Source: an uncultured Chloroflexia bacterium (GTDB lineage: Bacteria > Chloroflexota > Limnocylindria > Limnocylindrales > CSP1-4). Taken from it: 64,000 nucleotides of DNA. Where the stretch lies: assembly GCA_963809045.1 (NCBI GenBank), contig CAWEHW010000004.1, forward strand, positions 331,816 to 395,815, written 5' to 3'. Shown here one piece after another: positions 1-10,724 of the stretch (its first letter is position 1; each line of letters opens with the position of its first letter). The position numbers and the translations under genes are program-made. Below the pieces are notes generated by a model. The model saw nothing but the letters and a program-made list of their open reading frames with translations. It made no database searches and had not been told where the DNA came from.

Positions 1-1
1 C

Positions 2-1408
2 TCCGTTCATGCCTTCGTGGGCGAGAACGGAGCCGGCAAGTCGACGCTCGGCAAGATCGTTGCCGGCGTGTTTCCGCCCGACGAGGGCGAGCTCATCCTG
101 AACGAGGAACCGGTTGGCTTCCGATCACCACGGGAAGCTCTGGACCGGGGCATCGCGCTCGTCGCCCAGGAAGTTGCCGTCGTCCCGCAGCGGACGGTCG
201 CGGAGAACGTGTTCCTGGGGGCCGAGCCTCGACAATTCGGATTCGTCCGTCGTCGGCTGCTGCTCGAACGGTTCGAGCGCGTCGTTGCAGACGCCGGGTT
301 CGAGATCCCGGCCGGTGCGAGAGTTGGCGCGCTGTCGCTCGCGAAGCAGCAGCAGGTCGAGATCCTGCGCGCACTCGCGCGCGACGCCGAGCTGATCGTC
401 TTCGACGAACCCACCGCCGCGCTTTCCGCGGCCGAGATCCAGCGGTTCCACGAGATCGTTCGTCGCCTATCGGCGGGCGGCCGGACGGTCATTCTCGTCT
501 CGCACTTCCTGAACGAGGTTCTCGACCTCGCCGACACGATCACCATCCTGCGCGATGGCCAGGTGGTTCGGACGTGCTCCAGCGCCGACGAGACAGAGGA
601 CACGTTGATGGCGGCAATGCTCGGCCGATCCGTCGGCCGGACATACCCTTCCAAGCAGCTCGCCGCCGCCGACGCCCCGGTCGCGCTGGCGGTACGGGAC
701 CTGTCCGCGTCGGGCGTCTCGGACGCGACGCTCGCCATCCGCGCGGGCGAGATCGTCGGGATCGCGGGGCTCGTCGGAGCGGGCCGATCGGAACTCGCCA
801 GGGCCATCTTTGGCGCGATCCCGGCCACCGCGGCCGAACTTCGAGCTGGGTCGATCACGCTCCGAGGCACACCGGTTGGGTCCATCAGGGCGGGCGTCGC
901 GATGATCCCCGAGTCACGCAAGGACGATGGCCTGATGCTTCGGCGCCCGGTCCGGGAGAACGTCAGCCTTGCCAGCCTCCGGCGGTTCGCTCGGTCAGGG
1001 TTCATCCACCGGCGCGCCGAGTCGGCCGGTGTGGCTGACTCGCTGCATCGCGTCGCGGCTGAGGGAGGGCTCGAAGCGCCACCGACCACCTTGTCCGGCG
1101 GCAACCAGCAAAAGCTCCTGTTTGCCCGGGCGCTGCTCGCACGACCCGCCGTCCTGATCGCCGACGATCCCACGCGGGGCGTGGACGTCGGGGCCAAGCG
1201 CGATCTCTATCAGCTCATCGTCGAGCTCGCCGCCAACGGCGTTGCCATCCTCCTGATCTCGAACGAGGTGGAGGAGATCCTCGGGCTCGCCCACCGCGTC
1301 CTCGTGATGCGCGCGGGACGGATCGTCGCCGAGCTATCGGGCGACCAGATGACCGAGGAGGCGATCATGGCGGCAGCCTTCGGCAAGCGCCTGGCGGCGG
1401 TCTCGTGA
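2..1408 (+). CDS. Sugar (CUT2/RbsA-type) ABC transporter ATP-binding protein, 5' end outside window
   Basis: GENGAGKST Walker A, VFDEPT, second domain LSGGNQQK and DPTRGVDVGAK; frame is open back to the window start. Confidence 0.93.
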   Translation, partial: SVHAFVGENGAGKSTLGKIVAGVFPPDEGELILNEEPVGFRSPREALDRGIALVAQEVAVVPQRTVAENVFLGAEPRQFGFVRRRLLLERFERVVADAGFEIPAGARVGALSLAKQQQVEILRALARDAELIVFDEPTAALSAAEIQRFHEIVRRLSAGGRTVILVSHFLNEVLDLADTITILRDGQVVRTCSSADETEDTLMAAMLGRSVGRTYPSKQLAAADAPVALAVRDLSASGVSDATLAIRAGEIVGIAGLVGAGRSELARAIFGAIPATAAELRAGSITLRGTPVGSIRAGVAMIPESRKDDGLMLRRPVRENVSLASLRRFARSGFIHRRAESAGVADSLHRVAAEGGLEAPPTTLSGGNQQKLLFARALLARPAVLIADDPTRGVDVGAKRDLYQLIVELAANGVAILLISNEVEEILGLAHRVLVMRAGRIVAELSGDQMTEEAIMAAAFGKRLAAVS

Positions 1409-1418
1409 TGGGCGCGGC

Positions 1419-2402
1419 GTGACAGGGCCGGCGGCGCTCGAATCGGCCGCGACAGCGCGGAATTGGCTAGGGCGTGCTCGCTGGGCGGTCGGCCGCGGCG
1501 GAATCCTGATCCCGTTCGTGATCGTGTTCGTGGTCCTCGCGCTGATCAGCCCGCCGTTTCTTCGATTCCAGAACCTCGCCAACATCCTCGACCAGCAGTC
1601 CGGGATCATCATCGTCGCGGTAGCCGGCACCCTGGTGCTGATCGCCGGCGGAATCGACCTGTCCGTCGGCGCCCTGTACGGGCTGGCCGGAGCCACGGCT
1701 GCCCAGCTCGCCGTTTCCTTCGGGCCACCGGTCGGGATCCTCGCCGCGCTTTCCGTGGGTCTGGCCGTCGGCGTCGCCAACGGTGTCGTGGTCACGAAAT
1801 TCCGGATCAATCCCCTGATCGGAACGCTGGCCATGTCGTTCGTGGTCGGTGGCATCGGCGCCATCGCCACGCAAGGCAACCTCATCGTGGTGCTCGACCA
1901 CCCGGAGTTCCAGACATTCGCCTCGACCCGGATCCTGGGGATCACGAGTGCGGCCTGGATGATGATCGGATTGGCCATCGCGGGGGTGATCCTCCTCAGC
2001 CGCACCACCTTCGGGCGGTACGTCTACGCGACGGGTGGCAATGCCGAGGCGGCGAGACTGGGCGGCGTCCGGATCGACACGATTCGCATCGCCACTTACG
2101 CGCTGAGCGGGATGGCCGCGGCGCTGGCTGGAACGATCGACGCGTCAAGGACGCTGAGCGCGCAGGCGTCGGCCGGGAGCTTCCTGACGTTCACCGTCTT
2201 GACCGGGATCATCGTGGGCGGGACGAGCATCCTTGGCGGCGAGGGATCGGTCCACCGCACCGTCGTGGGATGCTTGTTCGTGGCCCTTGTGGCAAACGGG
2301 TTCAACCTGCTCGGGTTCGATCCGTTCTATCAGCAGGTGACGCTTGGCGTGATCCTCTTGCTCGCCGTTGGAACGGATGCCTGGTCCCGCCGCTTCGACT
2401 GA
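1419..2402 (+). CDS. Sugar ABC transporter permease (RbsC-like)
   Basis: GGIDLSVG, FGRYVYATGGNAEAARLGGV and IIVGGTSILGGEG motifs; about 9-10 hydrophobic helices. Confidence 0.93.
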   Translation: MTGPAALESAATARNWLGRARWAVGRGGILIPFVIVFVVLALISPPFLRFQNLANILDQQSGIIIVAVAGTLVLIAGGIDLSVGALYGLAGATAAQLAVSFGPPVGILAALSVGLAVGVANGVVVTKFRINPLIGTLAMSFVVGGIGAIATQGNLIVVLDHPEFQTFASTRILGITSAAWMMIGLAIAGVILLSRTTFGRYVYATGGNAEAARLGGVRIDTIRIATYALSGMAAALAGTIDASRTLSAQASAGSFLTFTVLTGIIVGGTSILGGEGSVHRTVVGCLFVALVANGFNLLGFDPFYQQVTLGVILLLAVGTDAWSRRFD

Positions 2403-2447
2403 ACCGTCGGATCCGTTCGCACGAGCAAGGCAGACAGGGAGTCCAGC

Positions 2448-3357
2448 TTGACGAGTTACGTGGGTCGGGTCGATTGGTCGTTCACCGACGCCCTCGGGGG
2501 GACCACCGCCACATCGTCCGGACTCGGCCGGCGGGTCGTCGTGGGCCCCGACCAGGGAGCGATCCACACAGAGCTCGCCGTGGGTGCCCTGGCGCCCGGT
2601 GGATGGCTCGCCCCGCACGTGCACTCGTTCGAGGAGGCGCTCTACGTGCTCGAGGGCGAGCTCATCCTCGAGCTGGATCGACGGGTGCATCGGCTGGTTC
2701 GGGGCGACTACGCGGCGATGCCGGTGGGGCTGCGCCACACCCTGGCCAATGCCGCAGGCGCGCCGGTTCGGTGGCTGTCGGTCAACACGCCACAACGGCT
2801 CGGGCTCGACGCCGGTCGCAAGGACACGTTCTTCGAATCGCCAGCGGACGTCGCAGCGCTCGACGCGTCGGCGACCCGCCCGCCCTTCGGCGACCCGACG
2901 CTACGGCTGGTCGGCCACTACGACGGGACGCCGCCCCAGGCGGACGCCCTGCGGGTCAAGGACCAGGCGCGCGGCCGCGCCCCGGCCGGGATGGACACAG
3001 CCCTGCTGGCCTACAGCGGGATCTCGGTGAGGATGCTCGTCGATCGCAATTTCGGCGCAGACCTCGTGACCATGTTCACGGTCGACTACGAGATCGGTGG
3101 CGCCGCCCAGGCCCACGATCATCCGTTCGAGGAGACGTATTTCTTCCTCGAGGGCGAGATGCGAAGGCGAGATCGATGGCGCGACGTATCAGTTCGGACC
3201 GGGCGATATCGTGTTCGCCGGGGTGGGCAGCGTCCACGGGTTCTACAACGTGGGCACGGAACGGGTGCGCTGGATCGAGACGCAGGCGCCGCAACCGCCG
3301 GCTCGCCATGCCTACCGATGGTCCGCGAGTTGGAAGCGATACGAGGAGGAACACTGA
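2448..3357 (+). CDS. Bicupin protein (frameshift near 3160)
   Basis: Two cupin motifs, HVHSFEE...H and HDHPFEE...H; C-terminus continues in the frame of ORF 3097..3357; TTG start after GGGAG. Confidence 0.85.
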
Positions 3358-4059
3358 TGTCGGACGAAGGTGCAGTCGGTCGTCGTCGGCGGCACGCGCG
3401 GGATCGGCCTCGAGATCGCTCGACACTTCGCGGAGACGGGCCACAAGGTCGTGGTGACCGGCCGGACGCCGCAAACGTCGATGCGGCGGTCGCTGCGCTC
3501 GAAGGGCACGTGACCGGCCTGGCGTTCGACCTCGCGAGGCCTGAGACGATCGCGCCCGCCCTGGCGGATGTGGGCCCCGTCCGACACCTGGTCGTGGTCG
3601 CCATCGACCGGGACGACAACACGATCAAGGAGTACGACATCGGCTGGGCTGCCCGCCTCACGGTGCTCAAGCTCGTCGGATACGCAGAGGTCGTGCACAC
3701 CCTGCTCGACCGGCTTGACGATACGTCCTCGATCGTCCTGTTCGGTGGCCAGGCCAAGGATCTTCCGTATCCCGGGTCGACGACCGTGAGCTCGGTGAAC
3801 GGCGGCGTCGAGGGGTTTGACCCGCTCGCTCGTCCACCAGCTCAAGCCGATCCGGGTCAACTGCATCCATCCGGGGATCGTCGGCGACAGCCCGTACTGG
3901 AAGGACCGGCAGGCTGCCCTGGAGGCGACCCGGGAACGAACGCCGATAGGCCGCACGGTCACCATGGCCGAGATTGTCTCGGCGACGGTCTTCCTGCTCG
4001 AGAACACGGCGATGAATGGCGTGTATCTCAAGGTCGACGGCGGCATCCACGCGACCTGA
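3357..4059 (+). CDS. SDR family oxidoreductase (frameshifts near 3378, 3470 and 3815)
   Basis: VVVGGTRGIG in a shifted frame, PIRVNCIHPGIV and VDGG C-terminus; TGATG overlap with the bicupin stop. Confidence 0.82.
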
Positions 4060-4152
4060 GCGCGGAGCGAGTCGGGGCACTCTGGCCACGCCCGGGGCTT
4101 TGGCACCCACCGCGGAGGCCCCGCTATGAGGCCCCTGGTGCGTGTCCGGCGA

Positions 4153-5718
4153 TCATTGCGTGGGCGGCATGATCGATCTGGTGACGGCATCCCTCACGGT
4201 CGATCCGGGCACGTCGCCTCGCACGGTGACGGCATCGGGCCCAACCAGAACCCAGCGAGTCCGCCCTTCCAGACGCTTCTTGTCCGCCTCGATGTAGTCG
4301 ATGATCTTGTCGACAGGGACGTCGAGCGGCGCTTGACCCAGGCCGATCCTGGCGAGCAGTCAATTCGCGCGTGCGGCGATCGGGACGGGCGTGATACCCA
4401 TCGCCAGCCCGATGTCGAGTGCGGCTCGAAGCCCGTAGGCAACCGCTTCACCATGGCGCAGCCGGTACCCGGTCGCGGCCTCGAGTGCGTGGCTCAACGT
4501 GTGGCCGAGGTTCAGCGCGATCCGCACGCCCGCCGTGTCGTCCTCGTCAAGGAGGACCAGCCTGCGCTTCGCAAGGGCACAACGCTCGATGAGTTCGAGT
4601 AGATCCGAGGCGCTCGGCCAGCGTTCCGCCGCGTCGGTGGGCAGACGGGATTCGAGGAGAGAGAGGATCGCCTCGTTGCCGAGGAGGCCGTACTTGACCG
4701 CTTCGGCGAGTGAGGCGCGCCTGTCGGCCGGCAATTCGTCAGCCACGAGCTCGGTATCGAGGATGGTGGCGATGGGCTGGTGGATCGCACCAAGCAGGTT
4801 GCGACCGACGCCGGGCAAGTTCACGCCGCCCTTGCCGCCAATGCTCGTGTCGATCATGCCCAGCGTCGTGACCGGGATCGCCACGAGTGGAACGCCGCGC
4901 AACCAAACGGCTGCCGCAAATGTCGCCGCCTCGAGGAGGACGTCATCGCCCAGAGCGACCACTGGGTGCATTCGTTCCAGGTGCAGGTCGGCGAGCCTGC
5001 GGAACAAGGGCTCCAGGTGGCCGAGCAGCTTGGCCAATTCGCCGGCCGGCAGCTCCTCCACGTCCACCGGGATACGGGCCGTGGAACGCACGACCTCCGC
5101 GGCACGGTCGGCAGGACCGCGACTCGAGGCCGCAGTGATGACCACACATCGGCGCGCGCCCAGGCGTCGAAGGACGTGCCCAAGGCTCGTCCCGAGGACT
5201 CCCTCCCCGAGCTCGATCAGGCCACCGTGAACGTCCGCTCGCAGGACGAGCGTGCCTGATGTCACCGGCTCGGCCAAGACCGGTTCGGCCAGCTCGATCG
5301 TGGCGGAGATCGAGCCCGAACCATCGATCCGTTCGCCCGCGTTGTAGAACGGCATGTAGGTGGCCAGGTGGCTGGGGATGAACCGACGGATGTCGCCTTC
5401 GATGCCGACATCCTCTCGTCTTGCACCCCGAAGCCGCTCGATCAGCTGTTCGGCCGGAACGTCCAGCCAGATGACCTTCCGGCCGCTGTAGAGACGAGCC
5501 CGAGTTGCCGGGTCTGACACGATGCGATCGGCTGCGATGACCCGGCGCAGGGCAGGCGTGGGGTCCGGCACGATGGCTGAGCGCAGGCCCGAGATCACGT
5601 CCGTCAGTCGACCGGGCGGTCCCGTGAGGTCGACGAAGCCCGCTCCATGGCGCTCTGCGAGGGCTCTGCCGACGGTCCGGGCGCCACATCCGGGAGCGCC
5701 GATCAAGACGGTTTCCAT
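4153..5718 (-). CDS. Shikimate-kinase-like / 3-dehydroquinate-synthase-like fusion, degenerate (frameshift near 4360)
   Basis: N-terminal P-loop-like GAPGCGART; C-terminal DTSIGGK, EAVKY, LNLGHTLSHALE and HGEAVAYG; tail DKKR..RWVL read in a shifted frame to the stop at 4153. Confidence 0.8.
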
Positions 5719-5802
5719 GGCACAACTATGCCGCCTCGCGGTTCACGAATGAACGAGGACTCGCATCGCAAGTGCTCCGCGGGACTTCACGCTTGTGGCC
5801 TA

Positions 5803-5876
5803 TTGACCCGCTCGGATTGTCCCGTATTATAGGCCGGTGTCCAGCTCTATGGGACGCTGTTACCGGAGAATGGGAC
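5803..5876 (+). promoter_or_regulatory. dctP promoter with three tandem 17-bp IclR-type operators
   Basis: TTGACC(5803)-N16-TATTAT(5825); GTCCCGTATTATAGGCC (5819), GTCCAGCTCTATGGGAC (5839) and TTACCGGAGAATGGGAC (5860). Confidence 0.6.
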
Positions 5877-6016
5877 GAAATCGCGCTCAGGCGCAAATGC
5901 ATCGTGGCACCGCGGCCCGCCCCAAGGGCCCGACTCCTTCCCGTCGCATCACCCTCGTGATGCAGGCCATCCGCAACGCCGTTCGAGCAGTCGGCAACGC
6001 AACCAAGGAGGAGATC

Positions 6017-7093
6017 ATGAGCACCCGAGAACGCAGGCTCGTACTTCCGCTGGCGGCGGTCTTGCTGGTCGCCGCATGCGGCGGCGGAGGCACCAGCCCC
6101 AGCACCTCAAGTGCGGCCTCCGAAGCCGCGCCCACACAGGCGGCGGCGAGCGCCGAACCGACGGAGGCCCCAGCCACGCAAGCTGCGGTCGAGCTTGTCC
6201 TGGCGCACAGCTACCAGGAAGCACAGCCGCAGGCGCGTTGTGGCGCGCAGGTCATCAAGACCGAGGCTGAAGCGGCCGGTGTAGGGCTGACGATCAACAT
6301 CTTCGGAGCCAGCGAGCTGGGCGGGGATGCCGATCGGATCCAGTCGGTCATCGCTGGCGACATTGACCTTGATATCCAGGGCGCTTCCGCATTGAGTGCG
6401 GTGTACGCCCCCATGAGCGCGGTCGATGGCGCCTTCGTCTTCGACGACAGTGACCACATGTACAACTTCTTCTCGACCGAGGCATCGGACGCGCTGAAGC
6501 AAGGATTCTTCGATGCGACTGGCGTCACCATTCTTGGTGGCTGGAACACCGGAGCCCGCCAGTTCACCGCCAACAAGGCGATTCGCACACCCGACGATCT
6601 CCAGGGCCTGCGCATGCGTTTCCCGCCCTCGCCACAGTTCCTGATGAATGCGGCGGCCATGGGTGCCGACCCGGTCGAGGTCGCGTTCGAGGAGCTCTAC
6701 CTGGCCCTTCAGCAGGGGACGGTTGACGGGCAGGAGAACCCGCTCGTCAATATCGACGCCATCAACCTGGACGAAGTACAGGACTTCGTGAGCCTGTCCA
6801 GCCACCAGTTGAGCTCCAATCTGGTGGTCGTGGGCGCAGTCTGGAATGAACTGAGCGCTGCGCAGCAGGAAGCCCTGTCTGCCGCGGTCGCGAAGGCCAT
6901 GGTCGATGAGCCGGCATGCGTCGTCGAGGCCGAGGAGACGATCCTTGCCGGCTTCCGTGAAAGTGGTTCCATGGAGATCGTCGAGGACGTCGATCGCGAC
7001 GCGTTCCGGACGAGGGCCGAACCGTACCTGCGGGAGCAGTTCACCCCTGAGCAGGTGGCCGTGCTCGACGCCATCCGATCAGCAGCCGAATAG
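6017..7093 (+). CDS. dctP: TRAP transporter substrate-binding lipoprotein
   Basis: RBS AAGGAGG; lipobox VAAC; PDDLQGLRMR and ELYLALQQGTVDGQENP motifs. Confidence 0.93.
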   Translation: MSTRERRLVLPLAAVLLVAACGGGGTSPSTSSAASEAAPTQAAASAEPTEAPATQAAVELVLAHSYQEAQPQARCGAQVIKTEAEAAGVGLTINIFGASELGGDADRIQSVIAGDIDLDIQGASALSAVYAPMSAVDGAFVFDDSDHMYNFFSTEASDALKQGFFDATGVTILGGWNTGARQFTANKAIRTPDDLQGLRMRFPPSPQFLMNAAAMGADPVEVAFEELYLALQQGTVDGQENPLVNIDAINLDEVQDFVSLSSHQLSSNLVVVGAVWNELSAAQQEALSAAVAKAMVDEPACVVEAEETILAGFRESGSMEIVEDVDRDAFRTRAEPYLREQFTPEQVAVLDAIRSAAE

Positions 7094-7104
7094 TCCTCCA
7101 CCGG

Positions 7105-7134
7105 GTTGGTGCCCGGTCGGGACCGGGCACCAAC
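7105..7134. terminator. Perfect 14-bp hairpin after dctP (mRNA-stabilising or attenuating stem)
   Basis: GTTGGTGCCCGGTC-GG-GACCGGGCACCAAC. Confidence 0.6.
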
Positions 7135-7207
7135 ACCGGTCCTTGCATTGAGTACGCTGCACCCAGGACGCGCGCCGTCGCGTGTCGGGAAGGAGTGTGG
7201 GCTGCCC

Positions 7208-7834
7208 ATGGCCCGGGAGATCGGCCCGATGCGCCATCCGGGTAACGGACTGGCCGAGACCGAGGTAGAGGCCAACGCTCTGGGCCCCGAGTCCGTCACG
7301 GGCGAGGAGGCGAACCCCGAACTGCTCCCCCAGCGTGAGCCCTTCCGTACTGCCTTCCACACCATCGGGCTGATCGAGCAGGCAATCGGCACGCTGCTCC
7401 TCGTCGCCATCCTGTTCCTGGTGCTGACCCAGGTTGCACAGCGGTACATCCCGGGCCAGGGTTGGCCCTGGACTGGCGAAGTCGCCCGCTACTCCATGGT
7501 CTGGGTCGCGTTCGTGTTGTCCGGGTACCTCGTGGCACATGACCGCCACATCGCGATCCACCTCGTCGATTACGTGCTAAGCGGGCGCGGGCTGGCCCTG
7601 ATCAAGCTGCTCGTCAACGCGGTGATCCTGGTGACGTGTCTGGGGATGATGTACGCCACGTACGACCTGATCGCCAGCGACATCGGGCAGGTGACCGCGG
7701 CCGCCGAACTCCCGCTCAAATGGGTCAATGTCCCCGTTCTCATCGGGTTCGCCCTCTCGGCGACACGAGCCGCGCTGGCTATCGTCGTGGCCGATCTTCC
7801 CGCGCTGCTGAATGGCGAGGGTGCCCGGTCATGA
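7208..7834 (+). CDS. dctQ: TRAP transporter small permease
   Basis: QVAQRY, WTGEVARY and HIAI motifs; 4 TM helices; start approximate. Confidence 0.88.
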   Translation: MAREIGPMRHPGNGLAETEVEANALGPESVTGEEANPELLPQREPFRTAFHTIGLIEQAIGTLLLVAILFLVLTQVAQRYIPGQGWPWTGEVARYSMVWVAFVLSGYLVAHDRHIAIHLVDYVLSGRGLALIKLLVNAVILVTCLGMMYATYDLIASDIGQVTAAAELPLKWVNVPVLIGFALSATRAALAIVVADLPALLNGEGARS

Positions 7835-9107
7835 ACCTCGGACTCCTGTTGATCGTTATCTTCCTCCTCTTCCTCCTTCGCGTCCCGATGGCCTTCGCGA
7901 TCCTAGGGCCCTCGATCGCGTACCTCGTGATGGAGGACTACTCCCTCGGCCTCGCGGTCCGCCTCGTCATGGCCGGGATCAACAGCTGGCCGCTGCTTGC
8001 CGTGCCCCTGTTCATCCTGGTGGGCATCGTCGCGACGCGGACGGAGATCGCCGACCGCCTGTACGACGCGGCGGTCCTGCTTCTCGGGCCACTCCGGGCC
8101 GGGCTTGCGTACGTGAATATCGGAGTCAGTCTCGGGTTCTCATGGATGAGCGGCGCGGCTCTCGCTGATGCTGCCGGCATCGGCTCGGTCGAGGTCGGTC
8201 ACATGCGCAAGAAGGGGTACCCGGCCGAATTCGCCGTCGGACTCAGCGCGAGTTCAGCCCTTATCAGCCCAATCATGCCGCCGAGCATCCCCGCCGTGGT
8301 GTACGCATCGGTCGCCGCGGTCTCCACAGGTGCCCTGTTCGCCGCGGCAGTGCTGCCTGCCATCCTCATGACCGTAGCGTTGACAATCACGGTCTTCCTC
8401 TGGGCACGACGACGGCCCGACCTCGTCGGGGAGCCGTCAACTGGCAAGCAGTTCGGCGGGCTGTCGTCCGTGCGTTGCCGCCAATGGGAGCCCCTGCGTT
8501 GATCCTCGGAGGGATCCTGGGTGGGTTCTTCACGCCGACCGAAGCGGCGGGGATCGGCGCGCTCTACATGCTCGTGCTGGCACTGACGTATCGCACGGTG
8601 ACCCTTCGCCAACTGGGCAACATCTTCCGCGACACGGCGTCGATCACGGCTCAGATCATGCTCATCATCGGCGCGTCCAGCCTGTTGAGCTGGATCCTGG
8701 CCAGGGAGCAGGTGCCGCAAGCAGTGGCTCAGGCGCTCCTTGGGATGACCAGCGACCCGTTGGTCTTCCTGCTGATCGTCAACCTGGTGCTCGTCTTCCT
8801 CGGCATGATCCTGGAGCCGACCTCAGCGCTGCTGATCGTAACTCCCATCCTTCTGCCTGTTGCCGTTCAGTTCGGCGTCGACCCGCTCCAGTTTGGCTCG
8901 ATCGTGATCTTCACCCTCATGCTTGGTCTGCTCACGCCGCCCATGGGTGGTGTCTGCTTCGTCCTGAGCTCCGTCACGGGCATCCCGGTCGAGCGTGTCT
9001 TCAAGGGCGCCCTGTTCTTTATGCCAGCGCTTCTGCTCATACTCGTCCTCATCACGTATGTGCCAGCGATAACACTGTGGCTACCCAACGCCCTCGGACT
9101 AGGCTGA
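7831..9107 (+). CDS. dctM: TRAP transporter large permease (frameshift near 8437)
   Basis: LLAVPLFI, SGAALADAA, IMPPSIP, FTPTEAA and GLLTPPMG motifs; split over two frames. Confidence 0.9.
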
Positions 9108-9158
9108 CGCGCCCGCCGGTATGGGTCCTTCCCGGCGCTGGCTGGCTGCGAGGGCCGC

Positions 9159-9897
9159 ATGTCAGTCCTTGAGAAAGCAAGCGACCTGATCGACTGCCTG
9201 GGGCAGGCGGGCGGGCCGGTGACATTGGCGTATGTCAGGTCGGCCCTCGACATGCCGAAGTCGTCGACACACCGGATGCTGAGCGAGCTGGCCGTCCTGG
9301 GCATCGTGCGGCGAACCGAGGATGGCCGCTATTCGCTGGGCCCACGTTTGCTGTACTGGGGCGAGGCTGCGGCCGAGACGTTCAACCTCCGCTCAATTGC
9401 TGAGCCGGCCATGCGCCGGCTACGCGACGCGATCGGGGAGAGCGTTCACCTGTACATTCGCGAGAACGACGCCAGGATCTGCATCGCAGCCGTTGAGGCG
9501 CGACATGAGCTGCGCCCGTTCATTCAGCTCGGGCGCCCACTTCCACTCCGCGCCGGAGCCGCCGGCAAGGTGCTGCTGGCCTTCGCCGGCGAGGAGGTCC
9601 AGCGCCTGGAACTGCGACGCGCGAGGGCGGACAGCGAGCTGCCAAACGCTCCCGGAGCGCGGCTCGCGGGGGCAACTGGAGCAGATCCGTGCAGACCGAT
9701 GGGCGACCTCGGTCGGCGAGCGTGAGGATGGTGTCGCGGCCGTCGCAGCGCCGGTTCAGGACTCCCGGGCCCGGGTCGTGGCCGCCCTTTGTATCTCGGG
9801 TCCCACGACACGCCTGACCACCCAACGCCTCGGCGAGATGCTCGAGCCGCTCCAGGAATGCGCAGCGGAGATCAGCCGGTTGCTCCGCCGAGGTTGA
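9159..9897 (+). CDS. IclR family regulator (frameshift near 9660)
   Basis: HTH MPKSSTHRML, GESVHL, GAAGKVLLA; C-terminus EREDGVAAVAAPV...ISGP in a shifted frame. Confidence 0.88.
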
Positions 9898-10657
9898 TCG
9901 TGCTCCCAGCGGGGCTGCCGGTCCACCCAAGCCCTCGAGTGACCTCGCCAGCAGCCATTGTCAGGACATCGCGGACGGCTTCGAGGCGCTCCGCCGTGAG
10001 GCGAGTGCTGGGCCCGGAAACTGACAGCGCGGCCACCACGTCGCCGGCATGGTTCCGGATCGGAACGGCGGCCGCAGCCAGGCCTTCCTCGCGCTCGCCG
10101 AATGACATGGACCACTCTGTTTCGATGCACGCATCGAGCTGCCTCCTGAGCTCGTCAACCGCGGGCGCTCGGGGCGACACAGGCGCACTGGCGGCCCGCC
10201 GCAGCTCGGTTCGGCGCGTTGCGGGATCGGCGAAGGCGAGCAGCAGCTTTCCGGAGGCGCCCACCGAAAGCGGCAGAGGCTTTCCGATCTCCGTGAAGTG
10301 ACGGAGCTCATAGCTCCCTTCCACGGCCGCGACGCAAACACGGGTATCGCGCTGTCGAACGTACAGGTGCACGCTTTCGCCGACCGTGTCGCGGAGGCGC
10401 ACCATGGCCGGCTGCGCGATCCGGACAATGTCACTCGACCCACTGGCCGCCTCCCCCCAGCGCACCAGGCGGGGACCCGGGACGTACGTCGTGGTGCCAA
10501 TCCGGAGGAGCAGCCCTAGGTGGACGAGCTCCGACAGGAGTCGGTGGATGGACGACCGGGGTTGACCAAGGCGTTGGGCGATGCTGGTCAGTGTCGCGGG
10601 TTCGGGCAATTCCGCGACAACATCCAGGATGAGCGTGACCTTCTCAAGAACCGACAA
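9872..10657 (-). CDS. IclR family regulator
   Basis: PRSSIHRLL, GESVHL, GASGKLLLA and EREEGLAAAAVP..SVSGP; TTG start with GGAGG. Confidence 0.92.
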   Translation of the reverse strand: MSVLEKVTLILDVVAELPEPATLTSIAQRLGQPRSSIHRLLSELVHLGLLLRIGTTTYVPGPRLVRWGEAASGSSDIVRIAQPAMVRLRDTVGESVHLYVRQRDTRVCVAAVEGSYELRHFTEIGKPLPLSVGASGKLLLAFADPATRRTELRRAASAPVSPRAPAVDELRRQLDACIETEWSMSFGEREEGLAAAAVPIRNHAGDVVAALSVSGPSTRLTAERLEAVRDVLTMAAGEVTRGLGWTGSPAGSTINLGGATG

Positions 10658-10724
10658 ATCCTGGAGCCTCCTGGACTCAGGTCATGCCTGATCGCTGCCG
10701 ATGCTCGTCAGAATGGCCCACGAC

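Noticed and set aside
2448-4172. 574-aa cupin-SDR fusion shown in the ORF track
   Set aside because: Artefact of frameshifts; the bicupin stop and SDR start overlap as TGATG at 3355-3359
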